A stretch of 64,000 bases of DNA from Selaginella moellendorffii (Eukaryota; Plantae; Lycopodiophyta), in contig NW_003314269.1 in the NCBI RefSeq assembly GCF_000143415.4, positions 740,851-804,850 on the forward strand, given 5' to 3'. Of this stretch, positions 38,401 through 49,462 are shown one piece after another. The position numbers and the translations under genes were made by a program. The number at the start of each line of letters is the position of its first letter. Positions within the stretch are counted from its first letter, which is position 1. The notes under the pieces were generated by a model, which saw only the letters and a program-made list of their open reading frames with translations, was not told where the DNA came from and did not search any database.

Positions 38401-41400
38401 TCTTTAGAAGCACAACTTTGATCCTAAAGATATTCGTAAATCATATTGTTGTCCCTATAGGTATTTGCCACAATGTTTGAGTTTATGTCAATAGGGTGGA
38501 ATCTCTTTTAGACTTTATGGTGGTGGACTACCAAAAGTTCAGCTCCACACCTTTGAAAAGTTCCCTAATCCTTGGACGAGTTTGGTATGATTAGGTTTGA
38601 GGCATCACACACTGGTCACTCGGTATAATGGAGATTAGCGACGATCATTAAACTTTTTGTTTCTACAATCATGAACACTCTCTATTGGGAAAGCTTCAAA
38701 AACAGCTCCCAGGATCATCTTAAAGCCAATCAATATCCTTTGAGCTAGTGTTCTCTTCTTGGACAGGCTTCCCCACTTGCTAATGATCGTGTATCTTCCC
38801 TAAATGGCTTTTTCTCTCTAAGGTATGATCTAGCTTAAAAAAAGACAAAGATGTAGTCTCCTTAGACTTCTTGAGGTTCCTCACCACCTAACCACCCTTG
38901 AGTTACCTCAAAAGCTCCACTGTGAGCCTTAGGGTAAGTTAAGTTCCTTACCTTAACATGCCTTAATATACCCTTGAGCCTCCCTTTGACCAACGTTGAC
39001 CACATAGTCAAAGTTGGTGCCTAAAATTTCTTCCCCCCCCCCCCCCCCAACAAAATCTTTGTCCCAAGGACAAGTTGTACCGGTGATCACCTTTTCTAGG
39101 GAACTATGCTCAAGCTTCTAGTCCATCTTCCACAGTCATATACATCAAGGAAGCATTAGCCCTTTCACTTTAAGATAGTACACCTTTTAACTGGCTAACA
39201 TAAAATACTAGATGAATTTTTGCCCCAACTGGCAATCGCACTCGATAAGCTGCTTTACCAATGCATTCCAACATTTCATATGGACCAGCATATCAATGGG
39301 AAAATTTGTCACTCTTCCCTATCCATAAAAGCACCAAGGTGTTCTATCGCTCACTTGACGGAAAGATCATTCACATAAAGACGAGATCACCTAGCTTATA
39401 TTCCCAGAATTGGCAATGCTTATTAGCAAACTTTTCTACTCTATCTTGAGCTACTTATAAATTCCATTTGCATACCACCAAAATCTCATTAAGTTCTGTG
39501 ACCAAATCAATCGCTTTGGAATCAAGTTAATCTTGAGTGTCCTTACTCAAATGCACCATTGTTCAAGGATGCCTTCCAAATATGGCAAAGTAAGGATTTA
39601 CCTTAGTTCCACTATATTAACTAATATAGTAAGTAAATTGCACCAATGGAAGATATAGATCCTATTGTCCCTGCTTTTGACCAATGCTATAGTATAGCAT
39701 ATCCTCTACAGCTTGATTCAAATGCTCGGTTTGCCCATTCATCTGAGGATGATCTTCATTTGAGAGTTTCAAAATCACTTGCATAGCCTTTGCAAAGCTT
39801 TTCTAAAATCCATTAGTGAACTTTGAATCTCAATCTCTAATGATGTCCTTTAGCAAGCCAAAATTAGGAAAAACCTTTTCCAAATAGACTGCAACCAAGT
39901 CTAAGGTAGTGATAATCTTTTGAAGAGCCAATAATTGCATATACTTTGTCAATCGATCCACTATAACCCATATTTGCTATTTTTACCTCTGTGTTTATGG
40001 CAAACAAGTAATGAAGTCCATAGAGATACTATATTAACGGCTCTAAGGAATATGTAAAGGTTGCAAAAGTCCCCTCGACTTCTCCTATGGCACCTTTACT
40101 TGTTAGTAGAGCTTGCATGATTTACAATACTCGAGGATATCAGCTTTCATATTCCTCCAATAAAAATTACACTTAATCAACTTATACGTCTTCTTCCCCC
40201 TAAAATGACCAGCCTTTAGACGATCATGATAGTGGAATAAAACTTGAGTAATTAATGCATCCACTCGTGGCAAATAGACACAACCATTGTAGTAAAGAAT
40301 CCCATTCACTAATAAAAAAGGTGCTTCCATTTGGTCTCGCAAAAAAGCCACCTCAGCATCTTGAGTTTGAGTATACTCAACCAACTGCCCAAACTTGCTG
40401 ATCACTTTACTTAAATGATGACAAAACTGTGTTTGTAATGCCATCACATGACAAGTATGAGATAAAGCCTCTGCCACCACATTTGATTTCTTGGACGATA
40501 TACTCAATAGAAAACTTCCCAAACTCCATGAGTTTGACCATCCAATGAGCTTGCCTAGTGTTCAACTCCTTTTGTGTGAAAAGATACACAAGAGGTTTGT
40601 GATCCTTCAACACCACAAACACTACATCATAAAGATAGTGCCACCACATTCGCAAAGCATGAACAATAGAGAGTAACTCTTGCTTATATATGGAATAGCG
40701 TTGCTCTGCAAGATTCAAAGTTCAACTCTTATATGCAAAAGGGTGTCCCTCTTGCATGAGAACTCTTCCTAGTGTATAACCACTCACATCACATATCACC
40801 TCACAAGGTTTTGATAGATAATAAAAAAGCAAAGCATTGGAGCCTTGCCCATTAACCGTTTCAATGCCACAAAACTCTCCTTTTATAGCTTCTTCCACTC
40901 AAATAGCACGTTCTTGTACAACAACAGTATCAAAGGAATAGCCACCTTTGCAAAATTATATTAGAAACATCAGTAGTAATTAACTATACCAAGGAAGTTG
41001 TGTAACTTAGCCATTGAAGTCAGTGTAGGCTAGTTCTCCACCACATCCACCTTCTTAGGATCCATCTTGACACCCTTAAATGTCACAATATGGCTGAGAT
41101 ATTTTACCTCTGACTTTGCAAACTCACATTTGCTTTCTTTGCATAAAGTGTGCTGTTATATAATAACAAAAGAACCTTGCACAAATGCACCTTAGGCTCC
41201 TCCATATTCTTGCTAAAAACAAGAATATTGTCTAAGAAAATCTTCACAAACTCATGAAGATAATGCCCAAATACCTTTGTCATTAACTGAGTAAATGTGA
41301 CTAGTGCATTTGTCAAACCAAATGGTATAACTATAAACTCAAAATGCTCGAAGGTCATGTTGAATGTTGTCTTAGAGATAGATGCATCATCTATGGCAAT

Positions 41401-44080
41401 TTGATGATATCCACTCCTCATATCAATCTTGGTAAACACTCATGTTTCACCAAACTTATCTCAGATATCATCCATATATGGCATCAGCATTTTATCCTTC
41501 ACTGTCTTTTTGTTTAAGGCATGGTAGTCAATACACATCCACATTGAACTGTCCTTCTTCTTCACAAGCCAAACCGAAGCATACTTGGCTGAATAAATCC
41601 AAATTCAAGTAACTCCTTGACTTGTTGAACTTTTTACTCCTCCACATAACTTAACCAAAATGGACGCCGGTAAATTGGTTGTATCTCCGGCTCTAACGTA
41701 ATTCTATTCTCCACACCTCGTTATGGAGGCAACCCATAAGGAAGTTCAGATGAAAAAACATCAGAAAACTTGTCAAGTATATCCCATACTGTTGCTTCTC
41801 CCCCACACGTGCTTTGGTCCCCTAAGTCACGAACAAACAGCAAGTAACTTGAAAGTGTTTTTTCATTACGACAAGCTTGCTTCAAAGATGTAGCAGAGAG
41901 CATAACAACTGGAAGTTGAACTCCCTCTCCAAATCACACATCTTTAATGCCATTATACTCTAGCAATACATACTTAATACTCCACTTTATCTTTAGATCC
42001 ACCTTCATTAATCATGGCATCCCCAGAATGAGATCCATACGATGATATCCGCAAGATAAAAATCTTCACAAGTGTGGTTTTGCCAACTAACACTTCCAAC
42101 CCCTCTACACAAGCATTAAATACTAAGCAGAAGTAGCTGCACCTTCCACTGTGTATGGAAGAACTCCTCATATCACTAGGCCATACTCCGCACCAAACTT
42201 TGCCGAAACAAAGTTGTCATCGCTCCCATTATTCAGTAAAATCCGCACTGGACTGCCACAAAACACCCCCTCCAAAATTAAAGTTGATTCATGAGTGTCC
42301 TTTAGCTCCATCTTGTTCCACACTATCGCAAATGTGACTTCGGGTATCGAAAGCGCTTCATGGTGTTATCCTATGGTAAATCACCATAGGATAAAGGGTC
42401 AAAACCACGTGCACTACACACACACAGTTGAGTTAAAAAGCAATGATCGAAAGCCTCTTCCTCCGGCTAGAAAGATCGTCCCCGTCATCCTCATGCTACA
42501 AATTTTTAATATCTAACTTATCATCAGTAGAAGATTGGCCATTCTTCTGGTTTAGGGTTTAGGGCCCTGCTACTTATTCTTCAGTTGTGGACAATCAGCT
42601 TTGTAGTGTTTAATATTGCCACAATAATGAGAACCATGTTTATAATTCTTCACAAAGAACTTTTGCTTCTTTGACCCCTTTGCATCTAAAGTTGCCACCA
42701 CAAACTTTAGCTTGTGGTGCTTGCCCATCCTTATGTCCATGGTAATCATTGCGACAATTCTCAATAAAAGGACTCCTTAAATGCTTATAAGATTTGTGTT
42801 TGTCATTGTCAAGCTGATGAGCTATATCAAAGAGCTCCTCCAAACTTTTTATAGGCTGAGAATGACACAAGTGTTGCTACATGCTTTCACTATAAAGGCC
42901 ATCAATGAAGTAGGGCTTGTTCTAATCTAGATCCTTTGTTAGAACACGGCTAATCAAACAAGTAAGCTTCTCAATATAGTCCTTGAGCGTCATTTTCCCT
43001 TGCTGAAAATGTCAAAGTTTTGTGCAAGCATTCTTCACGTCGTGATAAGGGGCAAAACATAAATGAAAAATAACCTCAAACTCATCCATAGTAGATATTA
43101 ATGGTTTCTTATCCGCAACACAAGACTCTTCAAGCCAATTCCACCATTGCATACCCATATCACATTAAACCATTGGAATGGCCACTAAATCCTCTACACT
43201 TGGAGTTCCTTTAGCAACAAAAAACTTCTTCACATTGGCTAGCCAAGCGAGACACTCATCCACACCACCATTACCAGAAAAGGTTAGAATCTTAAGTCGA
43301 TTTACCAAAGAAGGCTTACTTGGAGTGCCACCACATATACCCTTGAGTGCCTCAACATACTCATGCATGGTATCTATCATGCTATGCATCTCATCTAGCA
43401 TTTCTTGCTGATTTTGATTAAAGGCTTACAACTCATGAATAACATCTTAAATGGTCCAAACCTTCACAACTCCGTCAGCATCATCATCAGCACCACCATT
43501 AACAATAAGATTTCAGTGTTCAACTTGGTCAGCCATCACAACCAACTCTTCTGATACCAATGTTATAACCAACGCAAGAAAAGACAAAAATCTAGTCTCC
43601 TTACCACCTCTTGAGGTTCCTCACCACCCAACCACCCCCAAGCTACCTAGTTAAGTTCTTTACCTTAACATACCTTAATATACCCTTGAGCCTCCCTTTG
43701 ATCGATATTGACCATATGGTCAAAGCTAGTGCTTAACACTCTAACACAAAACACTTCTTGCAAAAGCATGGAATTAAACACAGGAGTACTAATCTTAATT
43801 CCACTTCTGACCAAAAGTGATCTTGACCCTAGATCATGGTGATAGGGGCTTTGGAGATTTTATCTCAATATCATCCACATGCCAAGAGCTATAGAGGGAA
43901 ATTGTCATAGGCAGCAAGTGATCTTGATTCCATTTTGCTTGGATTGGTTTTTCTTTTTCTCACAGGCTAAAGGTCCAACTGTAGATGGTAGTTCCTATAT
44001 CACTTGCTGCCCCTTCATGCACACATGAGCAATATGAGCATTTAGGCAAATTATACTACTTTTTATCCGGATAACTGCAT
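35440..44080 (+). mobile_element. Decayed gypsy-type LTR retrotransposon remnant (element C: gag + protease), interrupted by element D; boundaries approximate
   Basis: Zinc knuckle CSHCNVTTHSMERC at 37692-37733; protease TLIDFGSGNTVI at ~38330; long U-rich leader upstream; no paired LTRs found. Confidence 0.6.
38821..43738 (-). mobile_element. Degenerate Ty3/gypsy LTR retrotransposon (element D, chromovirus-like size and structure), LTRs 43561-43738 and 38821-39026, 5-bp TSD CTCTA
   Basis: CTCTA at 38816-38820 and 43739-43743; PBS tggtatcaga (tRNA-Met) next to 43561; poly-G PPT (C-run 39033-39048); gag, knuckle HYCGNIKHYKADC, RT (FTKIDMRSGYHQI), RNase H, integrase (HDRLKAGH..CKSC). Confidence 0.9.
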
Positions 44081-44572
44081 AAAATAAAAGTCTAATAATA
44101 AAAATATAATAATAGAATTATTTTTAATAATTACTATGATTCATGATATATATATTTATTAAATCAAAAATTTTGTAACCTAAATATTAAGCTACAGTCT
44201 TATTTATAAAATGTTCCCCTTTCTTTATTGTGATATTGTTGACAAATTATCTATATTATCATATAATAAAAAATAAGGTGTTTGATGTATGACCTTAGTA
44301 ATGATTAGGATTCAATGACTTTCCTTAAGAAAACATTTCTGTTCTAATAGTATAATCTCAATAAATTTTTTTTTCATTTTAAGAAAAACTATGTGACATT
44401 CTTTATTAAAAAATATATCTTTTATACAGTTTATGTAACCTAATATATGAATAATTTACTGCTCTGTCCATTTAGGCTTTAGCCTTCCCTGCTGGTGTCT
44501 CTTCTCTCCATGCCAAGCACTTAGTCCTATCAGCGAGCACATGTCCAACTTGCTCTAGTTTGGATTAGGTAG

Positions 44573-44870
44573 GCGTGGAAGCCGACGACGTTACTCTCAC
44601 CAGCATCCTTCAGGCTTGCAGCCACTCGGGCCTGGTGGACGCCGCTGGCAGCGTGTTTAGCACAATGGTGAGAGACCAGGGGATGGAGCCGAGCATCGAG
44701 CACAAGCTGTGCTTGATGGATCTGCTGGGACACACCGGGTGGATCGAGGAGGCCGAGGAGTTCCTGGCGAGCAGCGAGGATCTCAAAGCTCGCGCCGCGT
44801 CATGGACGAGCTTCCTCAGCGCTTGCGAGCGCCAGAGCGAGCAGGGGAGAGCGGGCAGAGCCGCGAGTGT
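44573..44870 (+). pseudogene. PPR (PLS-E) gene fragment
   Basis: GVEADDVTLTSILQACSHSGLVD..IEHKLCLMDLLGHTGWIEEAEE..SWTSFLSAC; no start; fused to the duplicated block that follows. Confidence 0.85.
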
Positions 44871-45771
44871 TTTTCATTCATCTAGAACAATGGTGGCGTT
44901 TGAGTTATAATCAGCTAGTACAGAAATAACATAGCTCAGGTACCCATTTTTTTCCAGTTTCCCTTGTGTTATAGTAATCTAGTGCTCTATAGAAGCATTT
45001 CTTGGTGGCTTACTTGATGGGAATTTGACATATTCTCAAGCCTTGATGCCTTCAAACAGAATGGCTCGATAAATGTCCAAGCTGGGACAAGTTTCGTGGA
45101 TTTCGTGTTCCAGGATGGAAGTAAGTTTCAAATTCTGCTACTTGCAAGGGTGATACTATTTGCAGGTTAAAACTGGAAAGTTAACTTCTAGGATATGACT
45201 TAGTATGCGTATATCAATCACATTTCTCAAAAGTTCGTGGTTTATGGCACAATTATGCATGCATTGCACTGGCTGGGGTGACAATTAAGTTCCTCAACTT
45301 CAGACTTGTAGAAGGGGGTTATCAAACATCCAACAGGTGATTGATTGGAGCTGGATTTTAAACTGGACAAGCTTCTCAAACAGCAAGCAACTCGAGGCCA
45401 ATTCCTAGGTGAGATGAGCCGTTCTCAACACTGTCAGCATCTTCTAGAGGCACCTGACTCTTCACAACAAACTTGCTGCCATGGATGCTGGTAAAAGTGT
45501 AGGCTAATGCATTGAGCTCATTGAAACTGAGCTCGTGGGGTGCACAAACCTCTAAGGCTTCATACGCAGATCACAAACAATATCCAGTTAAGTGTCTCTT
45601 GCTCTCTCTCAAGCACTTTCAGCTTAAGGAACGATTTAGCTAGAAACAGTTGAAATGAGATCATATTAGCATGTTGGACACAAGCATTGCTCTGCTGCTG
45701 TTTCCAGGAACACTGTTGCCTTTGCCAGCCTCCCTGTGGATTGCCAACCAAGCTCATCCAAGACATCGAGT
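44870..45771 (+). pseudogene. Decayed DNA-level duplicate of ~6693-7689 (3' half of the At5g27290-like gene plus the 3' end of the adjacent PPR)
   Basis: Collinear matches, e.g. ttttcattcatctagaaca, catttc(t)tggtggcttacttgatgggaattt, gggacaagtttcgtggatttcg, ccgttctcaacactgtcagcatc, gctcatccaagac(a/g)tcgagtc; introns retained; indels and stops. Confidence 0.92.
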
Positions 45772-47400
45772 CTAATCCTTCTAGCTCAATGATTCACTTC
45801 CATGGAATGGTGAATATGTCTAGAGTGAGCATGTTTAAATCTCATTATTTACAATAAATTATTCAAAACCACAAAACCATATTATTAATTAATATAAAAA
45901 CAATGGCAAACAATCAATGCGAAGCTCAATAATTTCTATGCATATAAAATGACTTCTCGTTACTTGCTTTTAGCCAATTTGGATTTGAGCTTTATATTTA
46001 CAACATTGAGGAAATTGTAAATAAATTGAAGTGTTAAACCTTGGATATTTCATTTTCTTTTTGTTTTTCATTTTTTTCATTTTTTCCAGAGAAAAACAAG
46101 GTTGTTCTAGTTTCCACAGACAATGTCATATTAAAAACCAGTTGAAGCCCTTGTGACCACTAAAAAAAAAGCCACAGAGACAAACTAACATGATATCTGG
46201 AAATGTTAATCAGGAGATGTTAATATATGTCAACATTTAGACTCAAGGTTTTTTATGATACTTTCAGAAGTATGGTTTGATTGGAAGGAAGATTCTTGCT
46301 TTTGTGCGCAATGCAACTGTCAGATTTTGGAATCCTCACATTTAGTATATAGTTTGTTATCCGGTTTTATGATTCTAATCATATGATTGTGGCTGGGCAG
46401 AGCTGCCTTTTAAGCTGGCATTTTTTAACATGGTGACATGAAGACCACCCTTGCAGTTAGGAATGTGATATCCAATCTGTTTAGTTTATCAATATAAATA
46501 TTAAATTAAAAGATACTAAATTATCTTATAATGGGTAAACTATTTGTATGTGTAAAAATAAAACTCAAAAAGAAATTGGATAAAAGCAAGTGACAAAAAT
46601 CCTTTTATATGCATATAAAAAAACTAAAGCAAACCAAGTATTACTGTACAGAGCAGCAAATCATTCATATATTTAACTAAATAGGCAAACATTCTAATAT
46701 TCAAGAAATATATATTTTAATAAATATTTTGCATGATACTGCAATTCACATAGTTTTTCTTAAAATGATAATATAGAGAAATATTGTTTTCAAACTAATA
46801 AACAGATATTCAAAAATTCCTTTTTTATCCTTGTTTTTATTTTTATTTTACATTTAGTACTTAATTGTTAAAATCAAACATTTTATTGAGATTATAGTAT
46901 TATTATTTCTAGTAACTAATTTACCATAGAAAATTCACATCACCTTCAGGAAAGTCATTGAATCTCAATCATCACAAATTCATTGTAGCAAACACCTTTA
47001 TTTATTATATGATTATATAATCTATCAACAATACGAGAATAAAATTTTGAACATATTATAAGTAAAAGGATAATGTTTTGATTTTATACTAAGTTTCTTA
47101 AGGAATAATAAATTATTATACTGGCACTTGCTAAGTGACAAATATAAGCTCTAAGTTAGATTACTTGTTAAAACAGTAATGTTACAACTGTTATAGTTCT
47201 AGAGTTTGCTTTAATAAAGATTTTAAGTAATATATTATAAATCGTAGCATAACTATTATAAAGAAAACTCTCATTACTATAGTATTTATTATTTGACACG
47301 TAGCTCACATTGCCCATGCTGGGATCGCTCCATCCCTTGATGTCGTGACTTACAACCAGCTCTGATCAATAGCTTGTGCAATTTATACAGTTTTTCAAGT

Positions 47401-48264
47401 ATGAAAAATAGTATAATTTTATTACTTTTATTGTTAGTTACCATACAACTATCTCAAGCACCATATTATAGGCCTAAATTTGGAAGAATAAATTTTTTGA
47501 ATATACATGATATTGGTACTATTATGTCTGCTATTAGACAATTAATAATAAAAATTAATGGCAATGATTATTACCCTACAACTTTTACAGATGGTGATTT
47601 AATACCTACTTCTCAAGGACTTGTACACTTAACTTTAAAAATTATAGATGATTGTTCGCTTCAACAAACAACCCAAGTCTATGGTCATAATTTGAAAAGA
47701 GGTTTTACCACAATTTTAAATACATGTGAGGAAGAGTTACAAAGATATTGCTCTGACTTTTTTGAAAAACAAAATGGAGTATATGAAATAACATATAAAA
47801 TAACTAATGATTGGAGTTTTGATTTCGAAAACAAGAATCAAAATCTTAATGTTTTTGATAAACTTTTTGGTTGTTTAAATATTATTAATACATTATCTAG
47901 TCCAGCATTAATTGCTTCAAGTAATTTCTTGATTTCTTCAAATGGTAAAACTATGTTATATGTACAATCAAATTGTAATATAATTATTTATTCTTTAAGT
48001 AAAATAATTTGGGACTCAGAAACTGGGAATTTATTTTATTATGGATGTAACTTAAAACTTCAGAATGATGGCAACCTTGTATTATATTATAATAAAATTA
48101 AAGTTATATGGTCAAGTGGTGAATATTGTGCAAAGAGAAATTGTATTATACCAGTCTTTCTTATAATTCAAAATAATTGTGATTTGGTAATTTATTCAAC
48201 AAAATATCCAAATAAACAATTTTGGGCATTGGGCACTTCAAATCATAAATTTTGCTCATTATAA
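47401..48264 (+). CDS. Secreted protein: signal peptide + unknown ~130-aa domain + bulb-type (GNA/B) mannose-binding lectin domain; intronless, very AT-rich
   Basis: MKNSIILLLLLLVTIQLSQA signal peptide; LKLQNDGNLVLY (QxDxNxVxY) plus two degenerate repeats VQSNCNIIIY and IQNNCDLVIY; IW-S motifs; 287 codons without a stop. Confidence 0.8.
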   Translation: MKNSIILLLLLLVTIQLSQAPYYRPKFGRINFLNIHDIGTIMSAIRQLIIKINGNDYYPTTFTDGDLIPTSQGLVHLTLKIIDDCSLQQTTQVYGHNLKRGFTTILNTCEEELQRYCSDFFEKQNGVYEITYKITNDWSFDFENKNQNLNVFDKLFGCLNIINTLSSPALIASSNFLISSNGKTMLYVQSNCNIIIYSLSKIIWDSETGNLFYYGCNLKLQNDGNLVLYYNKIKVIWSSGEYCAKRNCIIPVFLIIQNNCDLVIYSTKYPNKQFWALGTSNHKFCSL

Positions 48265-48562
48265 AATACGTATTGAGTTTCGTTTATTACTTTAGTAACC
48301 AAAACAGTATTATTTCAATTAACTTTTCTAAAATAGTAAATTAACTTTACTTTAAAATAATACACTGGTCCCAATCGCGATTAGAGGAAAGCATATTGTT
48401 CAGTCCAGGAAAACTGATTTGCTTAAAAATATAAAAGATCTTAAGTGAGCCCCTCGTGTCAAGAACAGAGTTCCTGACCGTCTGGGGTGACACTAATTTC
48501 ATAAGAGACTCTACGCAATCCTTACAAGCATTTCATTCGCGACTACGCTCGCTCTGGATCAA

Positions 48563-49009
48563 TCAAGCATACACGATGTTGGCGCCTCGGATTGGAACCT
48601 CCGTATGGCAACCCCCCCTTGGAACGACCGTCACGGTGATCTCCTTGGCGTTGTCTAGCTCCAGGATCTCGAGATTGGACCGAATGGAGAACTTCTGGTC
48701 GCTCCTCCTGGGAGTGATGCAGTAGAAGGAGCCCACGTACTCCGCGATGTCGTGCCGCATGTTTTCATCCGCGATGGGGAGATTGAGATACACATCCAGC
48801 ACGAGCTTGCATCCTGGAATGTCTATCCCCTCAAGGACCAGGAGCTCGTCGATGCGATCCTTGGGCTTGGTGGCGAGGAGCTCGCGAGGTATCTCTGGAG
48901 TTCGCGGCACCCGGAACGTCACTGGCTTCTTCTCGACGGCAACTTCTTGGTGCTGGGCCTGCGAAGGATCCTCAACCGACTTTAGCAGCTGGAAATTTTC
49001 CTGAGCCAT
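48563..49009 (-). CDS. Stand-alone polyphenol oxidase C-terminal (KFDV-type) domain protein; may have a spliced N-terminal extension from ATG 49343
   Basis: PVTFRVPR..DELLVLEGID..LDVYLN..AEYVGSF..LEILELDNAKEITVTVVPRGG..IRGANIVY* matches the PPO C-terminal domain; no tyrosinase CuA/CuB domain in the window. Confidence 0.75.
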   Translation of the reverse strand: MAQENFQLLKSVEDPSQAQHQEVAVEKKPVTFRVPRTPEIPRELLATKPKDRIDELLVLEGIDIPGCKLVLDVYLNLPIADENMRHDIAEYVGSFYCITPRRSDQKFSIRSNLEILELDNAKEITVTVVPRGGCHTEVPIRGANIVYA

Positions 49010-49462
49010 TCTGGAGACTGAGACAGAGAGAGAGAGGCAGAGATTCTTCTTTCTGGCAGTGATGGACGATCTGCGAGTTGAAAACTTTCAAGTGACTAAA
49101 TACTTTGAAGTCACACCTGTTATGTAGTGTACGCTTGACTGCAACTAGAGCTAAGTGGCAAGGCACGCGTCGCATCCTGAATGCCCGACCGACAGCCACG
49201 AGGGCCTCGTGAGCCCTGGAAGAAAAACAAGGACAAACAGGTGTTGGATAAGAATCTCGAGTGACGCGAACTTCCGGAGCTCACCTGGCCTGTAAATACA
49301 GTCTATCCCGGAAATATAAATCCTCGCGATGGTGAAGCGCCATGTCAATGCGCTCGTGCTGTGAAAACTTCTCAAAGGCTTAGGCTGGAAACAGAGTGAG
49401 CAAAAGACAACACTAAGTCGTAAGAACACGAACCTTACGTGTCTTTTGCAAATGAAGACGCG

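Noticed and set aside
47295-47375. GC-richer patch before the lectin gene as a box C/D snoRNA
   Set aside because: C-like and D-like boxes are imperfect and only ~25 nt apart; more likely promoter or 5' UTR.
48455-48495. gtgtca..tgacac hairpin as a possible snoRNA/riboswitch/SECIS
   Set aside because: Stem is short and no family-defining boxes are recognisable.
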